Assembly (NCBI RefSeq): GCF_902459465.1
Contig: NC_047082.1
Coordinates: 9,176,001 to 9,240,000 of the forward strand
Length of the DNA: 64,000 nt
From: Asterias rubens
Taxonomy: Eukaryota
Reading direction: 5' to 3'
In this document: piece by piece, positions 25,378 through 36,934 of the stretch
Layout of the letters: every line of letters begins with the position of its first letter
Position numbering within the stretch: position 1 is the stretch's first letter
Program-made: the position numbers and the translations under genes
The notes under the pieces: model-generated
The model's database searches: none
The model's input: only the letters and a program-made list of their open reading frames with translations
What the model was told of the DNA's origin: nothing

Positions 25378-26921
25378 ATGGCGGCTTACGGCGCAACTTT
25401 CAATTTGGTGTAAGTTTTGTTCACTCGACTGAAATAGTGTGTCGAGTTAGATATTACTTGGACAAACATGATGTTAAACGGCAGAACTACTGTTAGGCAT
25501 ATCGTACATGCATCCATATCCCTCACTGTCTTGAGTTGATTTACTCAGTTTGTTTTTGTGAGTTGCCTTTCTTCTTTGCGTCCTATAATGCGAAACTGTT
25601 TTTCTGAGTAGCATGAAACGACTGAAATTAAACTATACAAAAATCTACTTTTGCTGTGCACGTTTTGAGTCAGGGATTACATGGAAATACTTAAAAGCAA
25701 ACCTGTCCGGAGTTAAAAACATTCATTAACATTTTTATCAAAGTTCAAATTTGTAATTTGCATGTTTTTATCGGCACTTTAAAAACAATATTAATATGTA
25801 ATTTTTGATTTGGGAGTTGGAAGAATGAAAGTTCAGACCATAAATGTTTTGTTTGATTGTACTTTCAGTTACGAGGTGGTGGAGGAAGAGGGGCAAATAG
25901 AGCCAGCCCTAAAGAAACTCCGTGAGCCGGGTGAAGGGCTCCCTCTCTTGGCCGTCGACTTAGAGGGGGAAAAACTCAGCCGGGCAGGGGAGCTCGTTAT
26001 CCTGTCTGCTGCAACAGAGAAGCACACTTTCTTGTTTAACATCAAGAAGTTGGGATCCGGGGTGTTCGACAAAGGCCTTAGGGATCTTCTTCAGGATCCA
26101 GATCGTCAGAAGTTGATGTTTGACTGCCGCCAGGACTCAGACTGTCTCTGGCATCAGTACAGCGTCAAACTGACCAACGTACTGGACTTGCAATTGATGG
26201 AGGTAAATGTTTGTGCTTATAAGGATAATGCATGCTGACACTTGTGAAAGGGTTTGAATGGTTTTCACTTTTCTTTCTACCACCAGGCATGTTTGGTGTC
26301 TTGAAGTCTGGAATTACTTCACGTGGTTTTTTATTTGTAGAGTTTATTTCTTGACCAGAATAAACTATCTATTGACAGGTCGTTCATCGGGGTGATCACA
26401 TGAAACAGAACGCCGTTGTAGCATCGCTGGCTTACTCGTCATCCGGGTACCTCCCAAGGGTCAACGGCTTCAAGAAATGTCTCCAGAAGTACAACGTCAA
26501 AGACCATGGCATCCTTCAAGCCAAGGAGCGTGGTAGCCAGGTGATGAAACGTGAAGGGGTCTGGCTTGAGCAACCTCTGCAGAAGGCTCTTCTAGAATAC
26601 TCTGCAGCCGACGTCATGGGGTTTTACAAACTGTACGAGAAGCTGAAAAGCGTCGTGCGTCTGAACAACCACGCTTTAGTAGAGGCATCGAAGAACTACC
26701 TTGAGTTCTTCCGCTCTCGTGCTGTCCGCACCAACGATACGTTCGAGAGGAACGGGTTCGTACCTTGGCGTATTTTTCCAACCACACCGGGCACCGGGCC
26801 GATCACCACGTGCCAGAAATGCAGACAGGGTTTCCCGCGTTCTGATTTCAGGCAGAGAGGACAACAAATTTGTCCTGTCTGCGTCAAAGTCACGACGGAA
26901 GTCAACAAGGGGTGGTATTAA
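25378..26921 (+). CDS. EXD1/Egalitarian-like DEDDy 3'-5' exonuclease with C-terminal C4 zinc finger, paralog 1 (302 aa)
   Basis: join 25378-25409, 25869-26202, 26379-26921 (phases 2, 0; 909 nt). ExoI AVDLEG, ExoII MFDCRQDSDCL, ExoIII LLEYSAADV, C-terminal CQKC-x16-CPVC. Confidence 0.85.
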
Positions 26922-28624
26922 AAAAGAGCTGCGATCAACGGAAAAGTCTCAACAACGACAGGGAAAAATATAAACAGTTTTTCAAAACAAAGGTACCGTT
27001 GTTCAACCTATACATAAGCAAATTTTAGTTTGCTTGTTCAAACTGGGCAACTAGCTTTATATTATTATTAAGTATAACATAGGAAGTGTTATATTTTGTC
27101 ATGTCATAAATTGAAACCAAGGCCCAATTTCACAGAGCTGCTTAAGCACAATAAAGACGATATTAAGCGCAACAAAATAACTGCTTACCACTACTAGAAT
27201 ATGGTTACCATGTCACATGTACAACCTGTGGCTTGTATCCTGCTCATAATATCTGCTAATCAGAAATTTGTTAAGAAATGTTTTGTGCTTAAGCAGCTCT
27301 ATCAAATTGGACCCAGGGTTGGTTCAAATCTAAATTTCGACGAAACAAGCTTTTCGTGCTTTGTTTGCATGGGTGCGTTACGGACCAGGGTCAAGTCACA
27401 CAAGTAATCTTGAGAAAAAAACAAGATCAAAACGCGACTATGAGCATTTTTTTTGTGTGTTAAACAGCATAAAGATCAAAGGTTTTATGATGCTCAGACG
27501 TTAATTAATTTCAACACATTGACGAACAAATTTACAATCATGTATACAATTTTATTCCTCACTATTTGTTTAAATTAATACGTTAGTTTTGTGAAACTGA
27601 AAGTAGGATACGGAATTTATTTGGAGATGTTTACACTTTCAAGAATTAAATACCCATGCGGGTAATAAGTACTCAAATAATGACCCTTAAACGAACACGT
27701 TGCCTTGGATCGGTCGAGTTGGTCTTTGAAAAGCGTTTGTAACCGTTTGTTATAAATTGCATATGATTAGAAAGAGGTTTTAAAAGTAGAATACAATGAT
27801 CCACACAAATTTGCCTCGAAATTGCAATTTTATATAGTGGTTTAGCAGGGTTTCTAGATCTGGTCAGTCATTAATTTACACTTATTTGGGTTTCAAGACA
27901 TACAGTTTAGAATACACCAAGTGTTTATGTGCTGCAGGTCATCCTGGAGTGCCACTTCATCATCTTGATTTTTAATGACTCTATACAAGACAGTGTCATC
28001 TGCATACTGACGGAGATTAGATTGAATGCAAAATGGTAAATCAAAAGCAAAGATATTGAAAAGAATAGGTGCTAGAACAGCACCCTGTGGCACGCCAGAA
28101 TGAACTGCAGCCCAGTCAGATGATAAACCCATAAACTGAACCCGCTGTAATCTGTTTGAAAGATAAGACTTAAACCAGTGCAACATTGAGCCACAAGTAC
28201 CATCTTTATGTAATTTGTTCAAAAGAACTGTGTGACTCACGCGATCAAAAGCTTTTGACCAATCAAGAAATATAGCATCAATGCGGGGCGGTTTTGAAAC
28301 ATCAAGAGCAGTGGCCCAGCTATGATAAAGAGTTGTCAATTGAGTAACGCAAGATCTTTTAGGCAAGAAAGCTTCAAAATACTTGATTTAAAGATAATAA
28401 TAAATGTTCCATGATAATGTTGTATGTATTGGGTGAATATAGAAGGACAATAATAAAGAAGTAATTACCTGAAATGTAGAGGAATAAAACGAGACATGTT
28501 TACTGGTTGAGTCCTCTGTATCGAACGCGTCGGTGAGGGCGTATCGACTTGGTTGGCAAATTAGCATAGCAAGTGGATAAGTTACAATTGCGGTCAGTGA
28601 ATGGATGTCAGGAATGGAACTATT
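25843..28624 (+). repeat. Segmental duplication unit A (paralog-1 exons 2-3, downstream flank, MITE half, LINE part)
   Basis: Direct repeat of 31731-36160, which carries about 1.64 kb more (33713-35356). Confidence 0.9.
27826..28372 (-). mobile_element. Duplicate, further deleted copy of the same LINE RT fragment
   Basis: ORF 27893-28366 has the same RT motifs and is near-identical to 35357-35908. It has the same stop/frameshift after ...LNCMS. Confidence 0.9.
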
Positions 28625-31600
28625 CAGAGTAATTGAGTTACTTCCTTTTAGTTTTGATGTGGGTTTTTGTTTTTAATCAAGGGTTTTTGTTTTGAGAATA
28701 CGGGAATTGAAAGAACATTAAAATATGAAAATAATTTTGAGTGCAAATCAATACAGCGACGAAGACCAGATGTTCCGCCGATGACAGATTATTATCACAT
28801 CGTGTTTCATCACAGGATGGTGCTGTTGGAGCCTGGATGTGTCCAAGTTCGTGTTTAACCAAGCATTATGTAAATTATCAATAATAATTGACTAACAGAT
28901 TTAGAAAAAGTCCTTTAAACGGACAATTATTAATGAATTGGCGCCATTTTGTTCCATTTGAAGGAATAACTTTATGGTTTCTGAACTTACATGTAGGTAA
29001 TGAGCGTAGTTAGTGTTCGTCTGTTAGGCTACAGGGACCAGACTAAAAAATGTCGGCCTCTATTTTTTGTATTAATTGGTTTGCCGGTGGTTGTATAGTT
29101 TACTTTGCAATTTTTTTTTTTTTTTTTTCTACATTCATATCTTATTGACGGGACAGCTTATTCACTCTTATATTTCATATTAAATAATTTTAGGGATGAT
29201 TTTCCAAAAAATACCCATAGACCCTCCCAACAAACAAACAAAGTATATTATGTGTTTTTTTATACTCTTTAAAACATGATATGAATTAGTTTACGTCTAA
29301 AGAAAATATGGTAATAGTGTATAGCACCTTTAAAATGTTACGTGCTCAATAAAGATTCTGGAAATCCCTGAAAACTATGTTGCGCATCACTGCCTGAGAA
29401 CAGTTGATGTTGAACTTCGCACGCTTTGTTCACATAGTCGGTTTTCCCCGACATGTCGCGACGTACGCAACGCCCGTAGGACTTTCCGATAATGTGCCAG
29501 CAGGAATTAAAGTATAAAATACCATTCACGAATTTGGTCGAGCAATTTCTTCCGAGGACAGGAAAGCAAAGGTAGGTACTGAGTTACTTTACTTACTAAC
29601 TTATTATGTTAAAGTCTTTCCACCTTGCAAACCTTTCAAGTCTTCTTAATGTTTGTTAAAGATGACTGAAAAGTCTCCGGCCTAAACTGGTATCGGTATC
29701 GTGACTTTAAGAACTCGATGATTAGGTGATTTGGGTATAATAATGGGTGTACACTTCTGCGCAATGTACACTCACTCCAGTTAGTGCACATCAACCCACT
29801 AGTCGGTTTATGTCATTCATACGAACGACTCTAATGTTGGACAGAACAAAACAAAAGGTTTGAGAATAAATCAACAAATTCTTTGTAATCTGAAGAAAAG
29901 AAAATGATGTCAGTAAGCCATTAATTTTGAAGACTTTTGCTCAGTTGTGTTTGATCTTTTGTGTTTGAGACTTTGGAAATAGCTAGAACTGCCTTGCAGA
30001 GCTGTGTCGAAATGTGATTGGTGAGAAAATGTTTAATAATAGTTTATTAGTGCAACTGTTGCATATTATACGAACATCCGAAGATAAATCGATAATCTAC
30101 CAATTTGTTGTATTCCAATAAGCTGAATAAATATCGGATTAATCGATAGCTTGTATTTTTTAATAAGTAAAATACATGAGATTTATCAAAAATCTATCAG
30201 ATTTGATTTCCAAAAAAGTTGAAAAATTCAGATAAATCGATAATCTATCAAAAATTGGTTTTCTAATAAGTTAATCAATAAAATTAATCGACAATCTATA
30301 TAATAACTGGTGGTTGATTCCGTAGTTTATATCTATGGATCTCACTGCGTTGAATAGAGTGAGAGACGAGATCGTGGAGATCGATGGAGAACACACAGAG
30401 AAAGAGTCTGATTTGTCAGAGGGAAAATTGCCCGAAGGTATCGCGGAGGCAGATAGGGGTGAGAAGAGAAAATGTGGAGGTGCAGAGGCTGGACTAAGTG
30501 GTGAGTTTTTTTTTTTTTTTCTTTTAGTAAAGCAAGATGGCCGCGCTCCATCGCAAACAAATTACAAACATTTTGTTAATTGGTGTTTGCAGCTTTGCAT
30601 GGTGTAGAGAATAAGAGTAACTATAAATATAAATATGATTACACGTAGTAAACTTGCGGGCACAACCATGTGTAAAATCTCTTTTGAGGGAGTGTTGGCT
30701 CTGAAAGAACATTTTGGTATTGATATGACGAGTGGAATTTTGCGGCTGTGATCTGCAATAAGTTATTATAATGGTCGGGCTTATCTTGAAGGTCATCGAT
30801 TGCAGTTTAAAATCTATTAAGCGCTTCAAATCATAATTTTCCAGGTGAAGAGTTGGACGGCAAAAAAGACGAAAGTTCCGCTACGAAGAAACTCAAAATT
30901 GCCTCAATATCAGAAGGATTAAGGTAGGGGCCGGAATTATTTGAAGATTAAACCGTTGAGAAGCGACGAATAAATTATTTATAAAAATAATATGAAAATA
31001 CAGTTATGACAATATTTCGCATAAAGAATACATGCATACTGGCAGCCAATTCCATGAAGTTTCGCAACCATTTCGTCAGCCCATCACTAACTGTACAACA
31101 TTTTAATGATTGCGTAAGTTGTGCGCTAATTACACAACAAACTTTGCGCAAGTGGAATTATACGAAGAAGGTAACGTTTCATAAAAAAAATGGCTCCCGG
31201 CCTCTTATTTCCAGTTAAAAAAAATTGTTTCCCCTTATCATTGAGCATCTTTTAGTTCCATCGTTTGTTCAGTTGTTGAACTGAATAGCCAGTGCCGGGT
31301 GAGAGAGAGAGTCATTTGAGGCAAACTCTACATGATGGGCTGAGCATTCTCTCCAAATGTAAATGTAATGAGTGAAAAACACCCCTCTTTCCATTTCGAG
31401 TTGTCCCTCATCATATGGCTCTTTGAAAAGAGTGGGGGTTATTTCACTCTTTTAGAGGGGTTTCACTCCGGGACAGAGTGAAAAATCACTCAAAAAGATG
31501 CAAACTTCAATCTAAAATAGTGGAAGACCACTCGAAAAAGAGTTGTCCCTCATATGGCTCTTCAAAGAGTGCCTTTTCACTCTTTTGCATTTCGAGAGTT

Positions 31601-31731
31601 CATTTGTCCATCACGTTAAAGAACAAAATGATAATGTTTGAATTTGGAACTGGACAGATGGAGTTTCAGTTCTCAGTGTTTTGTTTGATTGTACTTTTAG
31701 CTACGAAGTCGTGGATTAAGAAGAGCAAATA
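28620..31731 (+). repeat. Segmental duplication unit B' (inverted copy of 38196-41205)
   Basis: Reverse complement of the paralog-3 upstream region, exons 1-3 and start of the first catalytic exon. Small indels separate the two copies. Confidence 0.9.
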
Positions 31732-32814
31732 ATGTTTTGTTTGATTGTACTTTCAGTTACGAGGTGGTGGAGGAAGAGGGGCAAATAGAGCCAGCCCTAA
31801 AGAAACTCCGTGAGCCGGGTGAAGGGCTCCCTCTCTTTGCCGTCGACTTAGAGGGGGAAAAACTCAGCCGGGCAGGGGAGCTCGTTATCCTGTCTGCTGC
31901 AACAGAGAAGCACACTTTCTTGTTCAACATCAAGAAGTTGGGACCCGGGGTGTTCGACAAAGGCCTTAGGGATCTTCTTCAGGATCCAGACCGTCAGAAG
32001 TTGATGTTTGACTGCCGCCAGGACTCAGACTGTCTCTGGCATCAGTACAGCGTCAAACTGACCAACGTACTGGACTTGCAAGTGATGGAGGTAAATGTTT
32101 ATCCTTTATAAAGGAGAATGCATGCTGACACTGGTGAAAGGTTTTGAACGGTTTTCACTTTTCTTTCTACCACCAGGGCATGTTTGGTGTCTTGAAGTCT
32201 GGAATTACTTCACGTAGTTTTTTATTTGTAGAGTTTATTTCTTGACCAGAATTAACTATATCTATTGACAGGTCGTTCATCGGGGTGATCACATGAAACA
32301 GAACGCCGTTGTAGCAATGCTGGCTTACTCGTCATCCGGGTACCTCCCAAGGGTCAACGGCTTCAAGAAATGTCTCCAGAAGTACAACGTCCAAGACCAA
32401 GGCATCCTTCAAGCCAAGGAGCGTGGTAGCCAGGTGATGAAACGTGAAGGGGTCTGGCTTGAGCAACCTCTGCAGAAGGCTCTTCTAGAATACTCTGCAG
32501 CCGACGTCATGGGGTTTTACAAACTGTACGAGAAGCTGAAAAGCGCCGTGCGTCTGAACAACCACGCCGTAGTAGAGGCATCGAAGAACTACCTCGAGTT
32601 CTTCCGCTCTCGTGCTGTCCGCACCAACGATACGTTCGAGAGGAACGGGTTCGTACCTTGGCGTATTTTTCCAACCACACCGGGCACCGGGCCGATCACC
32701 ACGTGCCAGAAATGCAGACAGGGTTTCCCGAGTTCTGATTTCAATCAGAGAGGACAACACATTTGTCCTGTCTGCGTCAAAGTCACGAAGGAAGTCAACA
32801 AGGGGTGGTATTAA
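30335..32814 (+). CDS. Chimeric EXD1-like exonuclease, paralog 2 (373 aa if spliced to the distal acceptor at 31757)
   Basis: join 30335-30500, 30845-30923 (copies of paralog-3 N-terminal exons), 31757-32090, 32272-32814 (copies of paralog-1 exons 2-3). Phases 1, 2, 0 are compatible and the ORF is open. A competing proximal acceptor at 31700 leads to TAA after 5 codons. Confidence 0.65.
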
Positions 32815-33573
32815 AAAAGAGCTGCGATCAACGGAAAAGTCTCAACAACGACAAGGAAAAATATAAACAGTTTTTCAAAACAAAGGTACCGTTGTTCAAC
32901 CTATACATAAGCAAATTTTAGTTTGCTTGTTCAAACTGGTCAACTAGCTTTATATTATTATAAAGTATAACACAGGAAGTGTTATATTTTGTCATGTCAT
33001 AAATTGAAACCAAGGCCCAATTTCACAGAGCTGCTTAAGCACATTAAAGACGATATTAAGCGCAACAAAATAACTGCTTACCACTACTAGAATATGGTTA
33101 CCATGTCACATGTACAACCTGTGGCGTGTATCCTGCTCATAATATCTGCTAATCAGAAATTTGTTAAGAAATATTTTGTGCTTAAGCAGCTCTATCAAAT
33201 TGGACCCAGGGTTGGTTCAAATCTAAATTTCGACCGAAACAAGCTGTTCGTGCTTTGTATGGGTGCATTACGGACCAGTGTCAAGTCACACAAGTAATCT
33301 TGAGAAAAAAAAAATCAAAACGCGACTGTGAGCATTATTTTTTGTGTTAAACAGCATAAAGATCAAAGGTTTAATGATGCTCAGACGTTAATTAATTTCA
33401 ACACATTGACGAACAAATTTACAATCATGTATACAATTTTATTCCTCACTATTTGTTTAAATTAATACGTTAGTTTTGTGAAACTGAAAGTAGGATACGG
33501 AAATTATTTGGAGATGTTTACACTTTCAAGAATTAAATACCCATGCGGGTAATAAGTACTCAAATAATGACCC

Positions 33574-33941
33574 TTAAACGAACACGTTGCCTTGAATCGG
33601 TCGAGTTGGTCTTTGAAAAGCGTTTGTAACCGTTTGTTATAAAATGCATATGATTAGAAAGAGGTTTTAAAAGTAGAATACAATGATCCACACAAATTTG
33701 CCTCGAAATTGCGTGGTTTTCCTTTTACTTTGCGAACTAACACGGTCGGCCATTTATGGGAGTCAAAAATTTGACTCCCATAAATGGCCGACCGTGTTAG
33801 TCGACGAGATAAAAGGAATCGTGTGGATCATTATATTCTACTTTTAAATTATCTATCAAACCATAATGCATTTTATAATAAACGGTTACACACGCTTTTC
33901 AAAGACCAACTCGACCGATCCAAGGCAACGTGTTCCTTTAA
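33574..33941. mobile_element. MITE family D
   Basis: Long palindromic TIRs and TTAA TSD. Only its left half survives in the duplicate at 27687-27825. Confidence 0.85.
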
Positions 33942-34289
33942 AACTTACTTGGTAAGAGCTGTTGATAATGTATATCATTTTCAGAAACGATTGATTTCCA
34001 AGAAACGTGGTTTTAGAGGGATTCTAAAAGATAATGATAAAATCTGAAACCCATTTCTGCATGAAACGTTTCTCAGATTGTGTAGTCCATTATGGGTGAT
34101 TCTTCCAGCGTGGACATACCGCTCTTCTAGAGTATCAGCGACATCTAACAAAATCCTTTTCAAATGTAGTTTAATTTATATAATTAACAATGTTTAAACA
34201 GTTCGGCGTCTCCCGCTATTTTTAGTATCCGATCGGCCAACATTTTTGGGCCGCACCTTAATTCAAGATGAATCTAGATTTCATGTTTT

Positions 34290-35908
34290 ATTATTTCATT
34301 TCATTTTCATTTCATTTCATTTATTAATTTCACAGGCACAAATTCAAGCACAGACAATAAGACAGAAGAAAACAAAAACATGAACATACAATACAATAAC
34401 AAAAAAAGCAGCACCCCTGAAGGATTTAAAAAAAGTAAACTAAATTACTATCGAGTTAATCTCCTGATGCCACAATTTACGAAGAGATAAAAAGGGACAT
34501 TACAGATGGACATTATTAAAACATGGCATACAGTATAAAAATATAGAACTATACAAGCAGTTAAAACTATAAAAGCCCTAATGGGCATTAATAATACAAA
34601 ATCGTTAAAAGAGAGATTCTAGTTAATTATGCAAAAGGCACTATAAATTTGAGAAATAAAAAACAGCAGCAAGGTATTTGAATGGGCAAGGCAACTAGAA
34701 AGTTACACTGTTTTGGTCAAGGGGACCTCCTCGCCAGGGACTAATAAATGATTCCTGAGGGAATTTGTGAAGGAGGATAAGCTATGGATAATTGTATCTT
34801 TAATGCAGGCCGGTAGTTCGTCCCATAATCTAGGGAATCTGTGAAAAAGAGAATGATGGGCAGCATTGGAACGAGCCCGATGATGGACAAATTTAACAGA
34901 TTCGATATGTCTACAGTTAATGGGAATTAGAGTGTCCGTGTCAATGTCAAATTTGTTATATAAACATTTAATAACAAACGTAATTGAAAGGAAATGAACC
35001 CTGTTGATTAACCTGTCAGAATATTCAATTTCATTTACAGAATCAATTAAAACCCTTCTCGGCAGACCCAAACAAAAACGGGTGAATCGCCTCTGTACCT
35101 TCTCCAGCGTTTTTTGCCGAGTCGAAAGAGCAGGGCACCAGACTGGAGCTGCGTATTCAAGTATGGGTCTGCTAATTGAGCGATAAAGTAAAGTCAGAAT
35201 GTAAGGGTTTCTAGTTTTAACTACTCTACCAATAAATCCGTTGAGTCTAGTGGCTTTGGAACTGACTTTATTAACATGTGTTTTCCAGCTTAAGTCCCTG
35301 GAGATAATAACACCCAAGTATTTGTAACTATCCACATTTTCCAAAGTGTTTTCAGCAATTTTATACAGTGGTTTAGCAGTGTTTCTAGACCTGGTCACAG
35401 TCATTAATTTACACTTATTTGGGTTTCAAGACATACAGTTTAGAATACACCAAGTGTTTATGTGCTGCAGGTCATCCTGGAGTGCCACTTCATCATCTTG
35501 ATTTTTAATGACTCTGTACAAGACAGTGTCATCTGCATACTGACGGAGATTAGATTGAATGCAAAATGGTAAATCAAAAGCAAAGATATTGAAAAGAATA
35601 GGTGCTAGAACAGCACCCTGTGGCACGCCAGAATGAACTGCAGCCCACAGTCAGATGATAAACCCATAAACTGAACCCGCTGTAATCTGTTTGAAAGATA
35701 AGACTTAAACCAGTGCAACATTGAGCCACAAGTACCATATTTATGTAATTTGTTCAAAAGAACTGTGTGACTCACGCGATCAAAAGCTTTTGACCAATCA
35801 AGAAATATAGCATCAATGCGGGGCGGTTTTGAAACATCAAGAGCAGTGGCCCAGCTATGATAAAGAGTTGTCAATTGAGGAACGCAAGATCTTTTTAGGC
35901 AAGAAAGC
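34290..35908 (-). mobile_element. 5'-truncated, frameshifted non-LTR retrotransposon (L2/CR1-group LINE) RT fragment
   Basis: RT motifs FLDWSKAFDRVSH, GVPQG, YADD, YKYLGV, RPILEYAAPVW, LEKVQRRFTR. Frameshifts near 35426 and 35640. 3' tail of (ATGAA)n type at about 34290-34325. Confidence 0.9.
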
Positions 35909-36934
35909 TTCAAAATACTTGATTTAAAGATAATAATAAATGTTCTATGATAATGTTGTATGCACTGGGTGAATATAGAAGGACAATAATAAAGAAGTAA
36001 TTACCTGAAATGTAGAGGAATAAAACGAGACATGTTTACTGGTTGAGTCCTCTGTATCGAACGCGTCGGTGAGGGCGTATCGACTTGGTTGGCAAATTAG
36101 CATAGCAAGTGGATAAGTTACAATTGCGGTCAGTGAACGGGTGCAAAGAATGGAACTATTAAGGAACACAAAAAGGGGTGCTCTGATCTATCACGTGTAT
36201 ATTATTTTAGGACTAAAACAAACCCTTTTCCAGGTGTTTGTCAGAGAATTTGTTTAGGAGTAGGTTTTTGTATTCTTTATAGACAAAGGTCTTAACACCA
36301 GAATTTGTGCCAGGAACTGTGTTTCATAACTTTTTTTTTTCTGTACGGCTATTTTTTGAACGCTCTTTCGCACTTTGCGTCTCCACTATTTTCACCATTT
36401 TGGTGGCCTTAAAAACCAACCAAGCAAAGTGTAAATTATTAATAAGAATCAAATAATATTGGTATAAAAAAGTCCTCCCAAGCAACAGTTAAGAAACGAA
36501 TGAATAACAGCCATTTATTTGACTTTAAAGGATTCTAATCGAGTCAAGAAACAAATTACCCGAATACCGATCAAACATGTACCCTATTTCCGCAAAACAC
36601 GCTTCCGTTCACGGACGAAGGCAATACATTTACGTTCGATTCTTCATCGATTATTTACAACTTTTATCGATAACTTGAATGTATTGTCTTTATGTCAAAA
36701 AAACTCGAGAATAATTGGAACCGATTTGTTTTTATGTGTTCGATAATGTTGTCTTGTATACGGGTGGAAGTATAAAAAGAATCCCAATAATTTGTATTAT
36801 TATTCACCAACCGTTTTTTTCTCGGATAATTCACGGCACCTTCGTTTTTTTTAAATTCAATCTGATGATTTTTTTTTTAGGAACTGTTCTTCTTCATTCC
36901 TCTGAGACCTTTGGAGTAATTTTTAGTTTGTTTT

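Larger units (their letters stand above)
31731..36160 (+). repeat. Segmental duplication unit A'
   Basis: Direct repeat of 25843-28624; the shared sequence ends at GGAACTATT. Confidence 0.9.
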
